Part shown: one piece after another, positions 14,209 through 26,300 of the stretch | How the letters are laid out: every line of letters starts with the position of its first letter | How positions within the stretch are numbered: the stretch's first letter is position 1 | DNA from: Octopus bimaculoides | Taxonomy: Eukaryota | NCBI RefSeq assembly: GCF_001194135.2 | Contig: NC_068999.1 | Coordinates: 47,608,035 to 47,672,034, forward strand | Direction of reading: 5' to 3' | DNA: 64,000 nucleotides | Program-made: the position numbers and the translations under genes | The notes under the pieces: model-generated | The model's database searches: none | The model's input: the letters and a program-made list of their open reading frames with translations, nothing else | What the model was told of the DNA's origin: nothing

Positions 14209-14244
14209 CTTTCTGATGAAGAGCGTAGGGTCGAAACGTCAAAG
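14209..14244 (+). ncRNA. Minimal type I hammerhead ribozyme motif (Penelope-like element / retrozyme type)
   Basis: cttt-CTGATGA-A-gagc-gtag-ggtc-GAAAC-GTC-aaag. Stem I is CUUU/AAAG, stem II is GAGC/GGUC with one mismatch, stem III is the palindrome ACGU, and the predicted cleavage is after GUC at 14240. Confidence 0.65.
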
Positions 14245-14354
14245 ACTTTTCCTTCACCTGTCTTCGTCTTGTGTTTTCTGTAAATTTGAACTATAGACAC
14301 ACACACACACCATAGGTACAAGACCTGAAAATTTGGGGGAGGGGTATACTCGTG

Positions 14355-14460
14355 TAGTGGCGCGTGTGGCCGCCATCTTGAGAAGTGCCATTGCGCATGT
14401 GCAAGGGATTTGCCGTTAGCGGAAGTACCCGAGCACGCATGCGTAATGCAACAGGTGGAG
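14355..14460. promoter_or_regulatory. CpG-rich housekeeping-type promoter cluster: YY1, NRF1-like (x2) and ETS/GABP motifs
   Basis: GGCCGCCATCTTG 14368-14380, TGCGCATGTGCA 14392-14403, AGCGGAAGT 14418-14426 and ACGCATGCGT 14435-14444, all within 80 bp in otherwise CpG-poor DNA, 3 kb upstream of the USP6NL first coding exon. Confidence 0.65.
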
Positions 14461-15893
14461 AAAAAGCAATAGCGTCCGACCTCTTTTCTCTCTAGCAGCG
14501 GTGGTGACAACATGTATCTCTCAGCTCTACCCCGACATGTGGTCGAAGCTTCCTTTGGTATTCTAGCGGCATGCCTGTTCAACCAGGAACGAAACGGCTC
14601 TACACCAACCTAGAATAAACTATTGATCTGTTGTTACCGTTATCCCTCGTGTTGTTCTATTTCTAGATTTTAATGATTAATATAAGAACTGGGGAGAGAT
14701 GGCCGAGCCATCATATCTCATCCAATTCTTATACTCGATCGTGTTGGCCCCAGTGTTCAGCTGGTTTTATCGAGCCACAAAAGGATGAAAGGCAAAGTCG
14801 ACCTCGGCAGAATTTGAACTCAGAATGTAAAGACCGACGAAATGTTACGTGCTAACGATTCTGACAGCTCGCCGCCTTTGAAGAGGATTATAATATTAAA
14901 ACACAAATTAATCACTCCTGGTATCAACCGAGCTAATAGCTATATATGAAAGAAAGAGGAGTGGGAAACAAAATGGACACACACTCACACAGGCTTTCTC
15001 AGTCTGGCATATTTTGAGCAAAGTGAAATATTTGCGGTTTATATTTTGTCAAGGACACTGCACTGTGTTTATCAAAAGAGAAAACTGGTCCAGTTTAGTA
15101 ACGCGTCAATTATTATTACATTGACTGAATGCGGCGAGCTGTCAGGATCGTTAAGCGCGCCGGGCAAAATGCTTGCTGCATGTTGTCCGTTTTTACGTTC
15201 TGAGTTTAAATTCCGCCGTCGTCGACTTTGTTTTTCATCTTCTCTGGGGTCGGTGTAATCAACTTTACTCTTCCTTCTGTCAAAATTTGAAACCATTATT
15301 ACATTGACCTGAGTTCAGACTTAAAGAAAGACTAGTGGAATCTACCCATAGGTACCCGTTGCACGAAAGCTAAGAAATTTTAATTACATTTTCTCTCTTG
15401 TGATAAGGACAATCATTATCTTCGTGACTAATTGTGATGCTAAAAATGTTTTAGGAGACAAGCAGGAAATTTTGATTAAATATGGCTGTGTTAAGAAGTT
15501 AGCTTCCAATCACATGGTTCCGGGTACGGCCCCTCTACGTGGCACCTTGCGCAAGTGTCTCCTACTATATCCTCAGGCCGACCAAAGCCTTATGAGTGGA
15601 TTCGGTACACGGAAACTGAGATAAGTTCATCTTGTTTGTTGGCGGTCTATTCGTTCGACTAAAATTGTTCAAGGTGGTACCCCAGCATGGCCGCAGTGTA
15701 CTGACAAACAAAAGGTATATAAAGTTACAGCATGGGGCGACTTTGATCTTTTATTTGATAACGAATTTGGTCACACTTTGGTCTATTCAATCACTCAATC
15801 GTGGTAGATGTACAAGTTGCTGAACACAGAGAAGTGTTATAATCTAAGGACCGGAAGAAAATATCCAAGTGCGCCTACTTCATAAAGACTTAA

Positions 15894-16303
15894 TAATATT
15901 CGCGGGCCGGCGGGGGTCCTTTGGGGTCCCCAGCAAATTTTACATTTTTTATCTAAATGATTTTATATCTCATGACAATCGTTATACTAAATAATTTTGT
16001 TTTATTTTATATTTAGTGCTATATGTATAACTTACAAAATTATAAAAAAATATTGATTTCTTTCAATAAAGGTTTTCTTTTTTAGTCAAATTATATTTTA
16101 AGTATCTTGCATTAAACGTTAATAATTACTAATATAAACCTATAAAGTGTTAAATTTCTTGTTCTGTAACATGTATTCACACATATACAAGATTAAACAA
16201 ATATTACTTTATGGATAGTGCGGAAATGCGCAAAAATAAAAGGGGGTCCCGAGGGACCCCAATGGCCTTTAGTGTAATTCCAGCCCCGCTGGTCCTCGAA
16301 GGG
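15894..16303. mobile_element. piggyBac-like MITE with TTAA flanks and subterminal GGGGTCCC/GGGACCCC palindromes
   Basis: Right end ggtcctcgaaggg-TTAA; left end TTAA-taatattcgcgggccggcgggg (degenerate complement); perfect hairpin GGGGTCCC-GA-GGGACCCC at about 16243-16260. Confidence 0.65.
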
Positions 16304-17031
16304 TTAATGTTAGAGCTAGCATATTTGAAGTAACTAGTCAAGAAATTTTAATTAATTAACCTTTTTGATACTGACACACCTGAAATCATCCCTAGTTCAA
16401 TTGTACAAACTTTTTTTTTTTGTTTTATAGTCATCTAACTAAATTGAAACATTCCAACGAAGTTCCTTGTTAATTTATGTTCCAAGCATCACTCTTATAA
16501 AGGTCAAAATTATTTTGATAAATTCTTATTTTCAAAATTAATTGAAACAAAGCCTGTATTTCAACAGAAATTTGGTAACAAAAGGGTTTATATGCCCTTA
16601 GCCATATGGATAATCTTTACTTAATTCTTAGTCAAAAATGCTAGGCTTGCTTCTGTGATTATTAATGTGTGTGCGCGCGCGCGTGTGCATATACTGCAAT
16701 ACAAGTATGTCTTGGGTTATAAATATATTTAGATACATAGATAGTCAAATGCATGTATTACACTCAGCTGTAAAATTAGCCTCACGAGCCTTTTCAGCAG
16801 TCAGGTATAAATTACATACCAAGTAATTTCAATTCATCAAGATTTATTTCCCTTCCGTTGTAGCTGAAAGCTGCTTATTCAAAAACTATAGACAAAACTT
16901 GACTGACACACAACATAGAACGTTGATGTCTCCGCAATAAATATTAGAATAAGCAATACAAACAAGGGTTATGAATAAATAAATATATAATCTCATATCC
17001 ATATATTCTTCGTCTCGATGTGAAAATATGA

Positions 17032-17092
<61 letters not shown>

Positions 17093-17355
17093 NNNNNNNN
17101 NNNNNNNNNNNNNNNNNNNNNNNNNNNNNNNNNNNNNNNNNNNNNNNNNNNNNNNNTCTCTCTCTCTCTCTCTCTCTCTCTCACGTATTGAATCAATACA
17201 ATATTATACTCAGTGTTGTGTTAACCTCGATTATTAAAAGTATGCGGTCTGCAATTTGACAATTCTGTTGAGAAAATACACAATTGGAAATAACTGAAAT
17301 TAAAAAAAAATTTTTTTTTAAATGTTTATAAATAAAATTTTCTGTTTTATTTCAG

Positions 17356-17380
17356 GTTGATATGGAATTTCTAACATGGT
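17356..17380 (+). CDS. USP6NL: USP6NL candidate first coding exon (ATG at 17362, MEFLTW + phase 1)
   Basis: ttttatttcag acceptor and T|gtaaag donor. The terminal T plus the AT that opens the 21366 exon gives Tyr in the correct frame. No homology support for this short peptide. Confidence 0.55.
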
Positions 17381-20300
17381 GTAAAGTTAAAGTATTTTCG
17401 TTAAAACATGTGTAAGTATATATTTTCAATGATCGCTTGAATATGTAATCACCCTTTTTAGATAATATCTATAGAACTATGAAAAATTTGAAAGTCAACC
17501 ATAGTTGTTGCTCATCACCAGTACTTTGAAGACTATTTATGTCTGCTATTATGGGTTTGATAGGTCTGCTGCACAGTATATTGTTACTCATCTTATCTTG
17601 ATTCGCTCTTATGTCCTGTGTGAAGACTAACACCCTGAAGTTTCTACTTCAGACCACACCGTCAGCACATGACACTTTCATCCATCATTCATTAATGATG
17701 CATCAGCTGATGGTTTTAATGTCAGCTGCTAAAATCTACAGTTTATTTTATTTAACATGGCACTTCCAGTAGATCAAATAAGTCTTCTTTGTTCCCAGTT
17801 TTTGCAGATCCTCCACTCAGGACTGCAGAGTTGACTCACTCTTTAATATAAAGTATTGGAATTTCTGGTTTCACACATTTTGTTTTCTGCATTAAAACCG
17901 CTCAGATCAGACGAAGGGTTTCTATGGAAGAGAATCTGTTAGAAGCAATTCTGTTTCTGAGAGCATTGATGTTAGTAAATTATGGAGATGATAAGGCAAT
18001 TTAGGATTGTCTAGTTTGGAAATTTTGGTTATGTTCAAACTGGGGAACATACATCAAGCATATTCGGATTGATAATGACATTGCAATCTCATTCTTGGTC
18101 TGCCCTTAGGTTTCCTGATGATTGGCTTGACTTGAAGACTTCTGTTTTGCAATTCTTTCCTGTGATACTTTATTCATAGTAGTGGAACTGTGATCTGTTC
18201 TGTCAGCAAGGAGAAGTAACTCAGCATTGAGACACTCCCTAATATCCAAGCTATGTACCCTGTTGAGTAAACATTACACCAGAGAGCCTTTGGAAGAACA
18301 TCATTTTGGCTGTGCATGCATTCTAGGGATGTGGAATCAAGTTACTGAAGCCTTTGTCAGATTGTGTGATCCTGTCATTATTAGAATAATTTGAGTCTTT
18401 TATACAATGAACATTATGTATTAGCATTTAGTGAGAAAATATTTTCTTGTCTAACTAAAATCTGAATTTCAGAATATAAATGAAGAATAGCTCTTTTGAT
18501 TCTTTGTAATCGTGTCATCTTGGACACGCAATCTCAGATCAAGAGACTTGCCAAGCAACTATCACTTGAAAACTTTACTAACTTTTTCAGAAACATGCCT
18601 TGTTTTGACTTTTTTTTTGTTATTGGTTTTTGTTTTATTTATTTATTATCCATTTGAAACCTATTTTCCTTTATTTACTAGTGATTCTATCTGTACCCAT
18701 TGTTTAAAGTTTATTTATGATAAACTATAAATCAGGTAAAAACAGTTCAAACTGAAACTATTTACTGTCACAGAATAATTTCTGATAGCCTACCTCCCTC
18801 TAGTGCTTGTGTATAGGAGAGGGTGATTGTTGTCTTGTTATAATAAGCTATATTGCCTATCCTCTAACCAGGTTATTCTATTTGACATGTAACAATATCC
18901 TGCTGCTCTTCAAAATAGGTCAGCTTGTGTGGACAACTGGCTTTATACATTAGTTAGCTCCTCACCAGAATCAAATCAAAGATGACTTCACTCATTATAA
19001 CTGGATGGCCTCTCATCTTTCTATCTTTTTCTATCTTCAAATCTCACTATGTTTGTTGAAATTATTAACAACCAGAGTATAGACACCTACCTAGCTGATG
19101 AATGTTATTTCTTTTTGACTTTGTCATGGGATCATTTTTACAGCTTTATATACAGTTAGAACATTCAGGTTAGTTGACATTATCATATGCCTATGGTTCT
19201 TTTCATCCGGTGGCCTTACAGCAAATAGCTAAAATCCTCATCATCGTTGTTGTTGTCATCTTCAGGATTATTATTATTGTCATTATTATTATTATTATCG
19301 TCATCATGGAGATGATAGTGTTGATAAAGATTAGTGATAATAATAAAAATCATTATTATTTATTGTGATTACTATTATCATCATCACTGTATTATTATTA
19401 TTATTATTATTATATCTTTACCATCATCATCATCATCTTCATTTTTTTTTGTATGCATGTTGTTTGTTTTCATGCCAAATTAGATTGTTCTAATCAATGT
19501 TGATTAGTAATATATCCCATATAATTATTTAATGATGTACTTTTGTGTCTCTCTTCTGCATGTTTGTGGGGGAAACTGAAGACTGGGTGATATGCTGGTG
19601 TTTGTAAATAAAAATCTATCCTTTATTTTGGTCTGTTTTCTATTATGAACAAGTATTTTCAATAACCTGAGTACTCCTGTATAGTTCTTAGGTGGACTGG
19701 TGCCCTGGAAACATTCTTTTGTAGCTCGATTATCATTTTTTTTAACACACCCCATTTTACTATCCCCGCTCGTTTAGCTATACCCCTGCCCCACATTCTT
19801 GTAACATCCCAGTAAATGTCCCCTCCCTACTTGTGTTTATTGATATGTTATGTCTACAGCATATGACACCTCAACTATTTTTTATCTTTATGGTTTTTAG
19901 TGACTGTCAGAATTGATTCTTGCTCCGCTCTCATATGTTTGTATATATAGCTGTTGTTTCTATATCTCAGATTTTTGTATTTTATTTTCATAAGTGTTTT
20001 TTTTTAATTTTACCTAGGAATAAGTTGATTATTTAAATATTTGTTATACTTGGGGGTGGTCATATTTAAGGTTTAAAGGTTAATTTGATATATACCAGTT
20101 AGCAATTTTGGATTCTGACTTTCAGACTTAGTTCATTTTTTTTTTTTTTTATGCAGCAGATTGTAATTAATTAGCTAATACCCTTTTAGTTAAAATCCAT
20201 TGATTAATATCCTCTTCTACCAAACTTTCACTGTATAAGTATAAAATTACTCCTATTTTTAGCAATTTAGTTATCATTGTTTTAATTTGTATCATAGCTT

Positions 20301-23300
20301 AGTAACCCTTTCGATACCAACCCACCTAAGATCCCCTTTGGTTATATGATGTAAACCTGCTTCATGCTGGTCTAAGTTAAAACATCCCATTAAAATTTCC
20401 TGATAATTTATATTTCAAACATCATCTCACCAATGACAAACCTATTTTACTAGATTCCTTATTTTCAAAATTAATCAAAAGGATGGGAGTGCATATGAAC
20501 AGAAATTTGGTAACAAAATGATGAAATTTTTTAAAAATAAATGTTTACTTTTAAAATAATTGGGAAACATTTGAAATAACTATCACTACCTTGTGGAAAA
20601 GAAAAAGGGTAAGAAATTGAGGAATAGAAATATAAAAATTGTAATTTGGTGGTGAGTGGGGAATTCTTTTAGAAATATAATTCCTATTGCATGAAACACT
20701 GGAATGTAAAAAAAAAAAAAAAAGCACCCCTCCTCAATTCCTTGTCCTTTTCCTTCTTCATAAGATACTGATAGCTATTCCAAAACTTCAAATAATTTAT
20801 TGCAGTTAAATTAAAATTAAGCTGCATTTCGGTTACAAATCAATGATATTAAAAAAATTATATTATTTTAGATTTTTCCATCTAATAATTTCATTAAGTT
20901 AGGCCATGTTTTAATGATAATGGATGTATTTATCAGAAAACAGGGATTTGATTTATTTATCTTAAATATGAAAGAAGAATTACATCTCATTCGGTTTTGA
21001 AAATATGAAATAACAAATGTGATTGAATGCATGTAGACATAGATTTACCATATTTTCAGGCATACAAATTGAAATTTTCAGACCAAAATCTACATCCCAA
21101 AATGGTTAGGTGAATTATACACTAAGATGACTTTGGAGGACTAAAAATTCCATGTGAAATGCAACAGGATTTATAAAGACGGTGATGATGTTTGAATGTT
21201 TGCATTGTACACTACATCAATTTATATGCTTGGAAATGCAGTAATTGGAGAATTTGGTACCTAAGCATAAAATATTGCAATCTTAGTTTATAAGAAGCAG
21301 TAATAAGCAAACTACTTTTTCTCTGGGTAAAAAATATTCTAAAAGGCAATATTGATTTGTTTCAGATAAGCTCAGTGATTATGAAGAACTACAACGAGCT
21401 GCTAAAGAAAGAGAAGAAATCTGGCAGAAATATGACAAGGTGCAGACTTTGATATCATTTCCTTTCTTTCATTGTCAAATTCTGAGGTGATTCTGGTCTT
21501 TTTAAAAAACGGTTTAGTCTTTGAGACTAATGAAGTTGATTGATAGGATTCGTGTCAATGTGGAACTTGTTTGTTTATTTATTTTTATAATTTGTATATA
21601 TATATTTTATCATAAATGCAAAGCAATAGCACGGAGGAATCTACATAAGCTTGAATAATAAACCATGATATGGTGAGGGATTACTGTATTCCGACTCTTG
21701 TTTTTAGTTCAAATCCCACTGAGGTAAATCAACTTTGCTTTTCATCTTTTCAGGTTAATTAAAAATCAGATGAGTTCTAGAGTTGATTTAACCTACTAGC
21801 ATTTAAACTGGCCATATCCATCCAAAATATTCTCCCTGTTTTGTGTTCAAACTGGCCAGATCTGGCCTCTCACACCAATCCTACAATATAATTGTAAAAA
21901 TTAAGTTACCTCATCAAAATCTCAAAAGCTACAAGATAATGCATGATTAATTAAAAAACAATATGAATAAAAAAGCATTATTTTTAATAGAATAATGTGA
22001 ATGTTAAAGGGTTAATTGAGACTGGTATCTCCTAGGCTTCATTAAGCAATGAGATTTTGGTTGAGAATGTTGAGTGAATGTACTTAATGTTGCTTTAACA
22101 GTAGGTGAAGGTGTTAACACCAGCAACTACAATATCTGAGTGAGGAGCAGTGACCTTCAGACATTATCAATTTTGAAATGCGCCTTACTGGCACTTGTGC
22201 CGGTGGCATGTGAAAAAACATTCAAGCGTGGTCGTTGCCAGTGCTGCTGGATCCTCTTCTTGCTGGTAAATACTGATCATCTGTGCTCTTAGCAGGGCAA
22301 TGGGAGATGTTCCAAAAATATTTTGACCAGAAGGATCCAGTTCATACGTTGGAGTCAATGAGCAAAAGAAGGCAAGCATGATTTTTTTTGTGGCTAGGGA
22401 TAATCGTACATTTATCTTGCTTGTTTGTGACAGAACCTGATACTTTCATTATTCTTCTGGTTGAACACCCCGGAAATTTAGATCTGTGATTAAGACAAGG
22501 ACGAAATCATTTTCTTTCATCGTTCACCTATTTCCACTCCATATATAGTATGTACCTGTCTATAATCGCTAATTATGAGCTATGGAATCCTGAAGAAAAA
22601 TCTCTTTTGTGTATAATATGTACTGGGTCCCCCCCCCCCCTTCGTATTATGATTTATAGGAGTGTTAGTTGGATTTATTATAATTGCTGTCTAAAGCAGA
22701 TTGATAAAGTTCATGTATCCTCAAAACAAAGAGCAAGCTCAGAAGTGACCTTTGAACTTTCTCTATGTAGGCTGTAAAAGTGTATCTATTGTAAAGTCGG
22801 CCAATATGGAGAGATAGAAAACGCATAAAGCAGAATGAAAAGACATTAATTACACTACCATTTCAATATTTCCATTCCTTTCTTTCAGTAGAAACATAAA
22901 TAATGATGGGTTTTTTTTTATCATAATTACATGATATTTCAGAAACAAAAGTATTTATTTATATTCATATTTTGATAATGAGTGTCTTTATGTACTATTA
23001 CCACCTTCATTATCATCCATGTTTTATGCTGGCATGGTTGGATGGTTTGACAAGACATGACCAGCTTGAAAACTGTGTTGGTTTTCCATTATCTGCTTCA
23101 GCAAGGTTTCTGTGACTGGATGTCCTCCTAACACCAGCCACATTATTGAGTTTACTGGGTGCTCTTTGTTCTTTTCTTTTGTGGCACCAGCATTGGTGAG
23201 GTCGTCAAGTAATTCACAAGACACAGTGGATGTACAGTATTAAAGGAGATGTATTTGTGACCATACTTTTCCAGTTGTTACCCAATGTTCATGACCACGA

Positions 23301-26300
23301 GTGAGGATAGGCATGAAAATCTAATGCTTAGGTTTAATAATTTGAGAAAAATAATACATGAATAACGTAAATCCTCGAGTATAATCCTCACATTTTCCCC
23401 AAAATTTAAAGGTCAAAATTTCTAGTGCATACTATATACGAGGTTAAAAATGAAAAATATTTTCAAAGTGATAAATATGTGAAAGGCAATTTACTTAATA
23501 TTTATTTTTCACTGACGTTATTACTGTTATTTCTTTATTTTCTGCAAACAAAGTGCACAAAAAAGCTACACGTTTGCATTATGTTATATGTACAATAATA
23601 ATAAAGGACGTTACCGTATATACGTTTACAAAACAAGGACGTTATATCGACCTCCTTGACTCAAGTTAGAGAAGTATTATAGACAAGGTTTAGGTTTTTC
23701 AGAGGTACAGCCCCCCAAAAATCCCCTGCATATTATACTCAAGGGCGGACTATACTCGAGGATTTACGGTAAATATGGAAGTAAACTAATCTGAAATATG
23801 GAAGAGTGTATTATTCATACATGTGGGTGTGGTGAAGACAGTCCAGAGTGTTGGTTAGAGATGTAGGTGGGTGTGGTGAAGAGAGTTTGGTGTATTGGTT
23901 ATCAATATAGGCGGGTGTGGTGAAGATAGTTTGTGGGGGTTGGTCAGTGATACATGTGGGTGTGGTGAAGTGGGTTGTGAATGGTAGACAGTTCGGCTTC
24001 TGGTAGGATTGATGTGGGAGGAATTTCAAAGTAAGTTATGTTTATTGATATCACCATGATTTCAGAAAGAGATGCTTTATGGTGAGAGGTGTCTTCAATA
24101 AAGACAATTGAACTTATGGTGGTGAGCTGGTAGAATGGTTAGCATGCCGGGACGAACTGCCAGGCAGTATTTTATCTGTCGTTACATTCTGAGTTATTCT
24201 GCTGAGGTTGACTCTGCCTTTCATCCTTTCGGGGTCGATTAAATAAGTACCAGTTACGCATTGGGGTTGATGTAATCGACTTAATGCCTTTCTCTGTCCT
24301 TGTTTGTCCCCTCTATGTTTATCCCCCTGTGTGCAATAAAGAAATAAATAAAGATAATTAAACATTGCTGCTGTTTAAATGAGTACAGAGAGTGATTGGT
24401 GATTTTAGAGTAATGAGTGAAAGAAAGAGAGAGAGAGACCAAGAGTTTTTGTTGGTGAAATCTTTGTGGAAGAAACAAATGGCAGATTAAAGTGAATTCC
24501 ATGTACCTGCAGACACCATTTTCAGAGTGAAGTAGGAATATTGTGGTGTAGAGAGGAGTTGGAAATAGGAGGAGAGAGAATATTAGTTGTGGTTTATATG
24601 TTGAAAAATGGAAGACTGCATTGATGGATGTTTTAGTTACGTAAGAAATGGTGGATGGAGTGAAATAGGTGGTGCCTGTGTGAAGAAGATGTAGGTGGGG
24701 AAGATGTTCCAGATAAGCTGGTGTTCTTGGAAGAAAGAACTGAAGTCTTTAGTGGAGGGATAGTGAGTAGAGCTGGTGGTTGGGGGTGGTGGTGAGTGTA
24801 GTTTGTATTCTGTGAATGGTGAGTGTAGCTTATAGTTTGAGAGTGATGAGTGCAGCTTGTATTATTTAAGAGGAATAATTATTACAACCATAAAAGGGAC
24901 AGAGGGTAAAGTTTGATTGTGTATGAGTAAGAATGTTAATGAGAGAATTTCTCCCAATCAGCATGTCTTTGTGTAGGGTTGTGTATTGCAGTAGTAGCCA
25001 TAGCATAGCAGACATGTGAATATTAGTATAATGACTTAATTAACATTACAGTAACAACATCAGCTAAAGTCATTGAAATATTTTCAGTTAAGAGCAACGT
25101 ACATAAAGAAAGCAAGTAATCTTTTTTGATTTGTTTATTGTTTGAAGGTGTTGGTGTGCGAATGTGGATTGAGTTGGGTAAATCAAGTTCATTGTTATCT
25201 GATGGTTGGAATCCTTAGCATTTGGCTCTGACCAATCTACAGACAGAAAATATCTTGAAATTTGTATCCATCCATTAGACATTTCATCAATTCAACCCTT
25301 TTTGATATCAACCTGCCTGAGACAACACCAAGTTTTACAGCATAAACTTACTGTTTTAACCCTTTAGCGTTCAGATTACTCTGTCAAATGTAATGGTTAG
25401 GTTATTTATTCATGTTTTGAATTAATCATACATTATCTGATAGCTTAAAAATTCTGATGATGTGAGTTTGTATTTTTAGGAAGACATTGTAGGGTAGCTG
25501 TGAAAGGCCAGATCTGGCTGTTTTGAGTATAAAACAGGTAGAAACACGTATGGCCAGTTTAAATACTAAAGGGTTGCAGCGGTCTAAATTATAATAATCT
25601 TTCATCTAAATTTTATGCTAATTTGTTCCAGACCCCATCTTAATAATGAGAAAGTCATTTTACTAAATTCTTCATTATTTAAAAAAATTAATTGAAACAA
25701 AGGCAGAAATATGGTAACAAATGGGTTAAAGCATTCTCTTTTTCCATTGTTAAAATTTCATATAACATTGCTAGCATTTGAAGTTCATAACAGAATTTAA
25801 TTTATATTTTAGGGTAGAGAGGAAGGGGCTGAAATTGAACCCTGGGAAGACCCCGAATTTTCTGTGTATCACGTTACTGATCGCTATGGTTTTATCCAGT
25901 AAGTATATAATTGTTTCACATATTTTTGTGGCTTCATTAGAATATAATTGTTGAAAAAACATTCTACAATATACAGCAGCACTAAACTAAAATTAATTTA
26001 ACGTTAGTCATATATCATAATTATAAACCTAACACCTACTTCCTGTACTTGTTTAGGAAACGTTAATTTTTGATGCTATAAGAAAAACATCGTTAATATT
26101 GAATGCTGTAGAAAAAAAAAAACATTGCTAATTTTAGATGTTATAGGAAAGAAAGAACATTGCTAATTTTGGATGTTATAGAAAAAAAGGCATTGCTAAT
26201 TTTGGCTGCTATAAAAGAAAAACATTGCTAATTTTGGATACTTTCTGATGTTTTTAAGTTTCTTTTTTATGTGATATTTATGGATATTTTAAACTCTAAA

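Noticed and set aside
14145-14582. 145-aa - strand ORF over the promoter-like region
   Set aside because: A chimera of GC-rich promoter sequence, a SINE tail and an (AC)n/PLE-like repeat; no recognisable domain.
23818-23970. Regularly spaced GGGTGTGGTGAAG cores resembling a CRISPR array
   Set aside because: The spacers are similar to each other, the core is only 13 bp, there are no cas genes and the context is eukaryotic; it is a diverged minisatellite.
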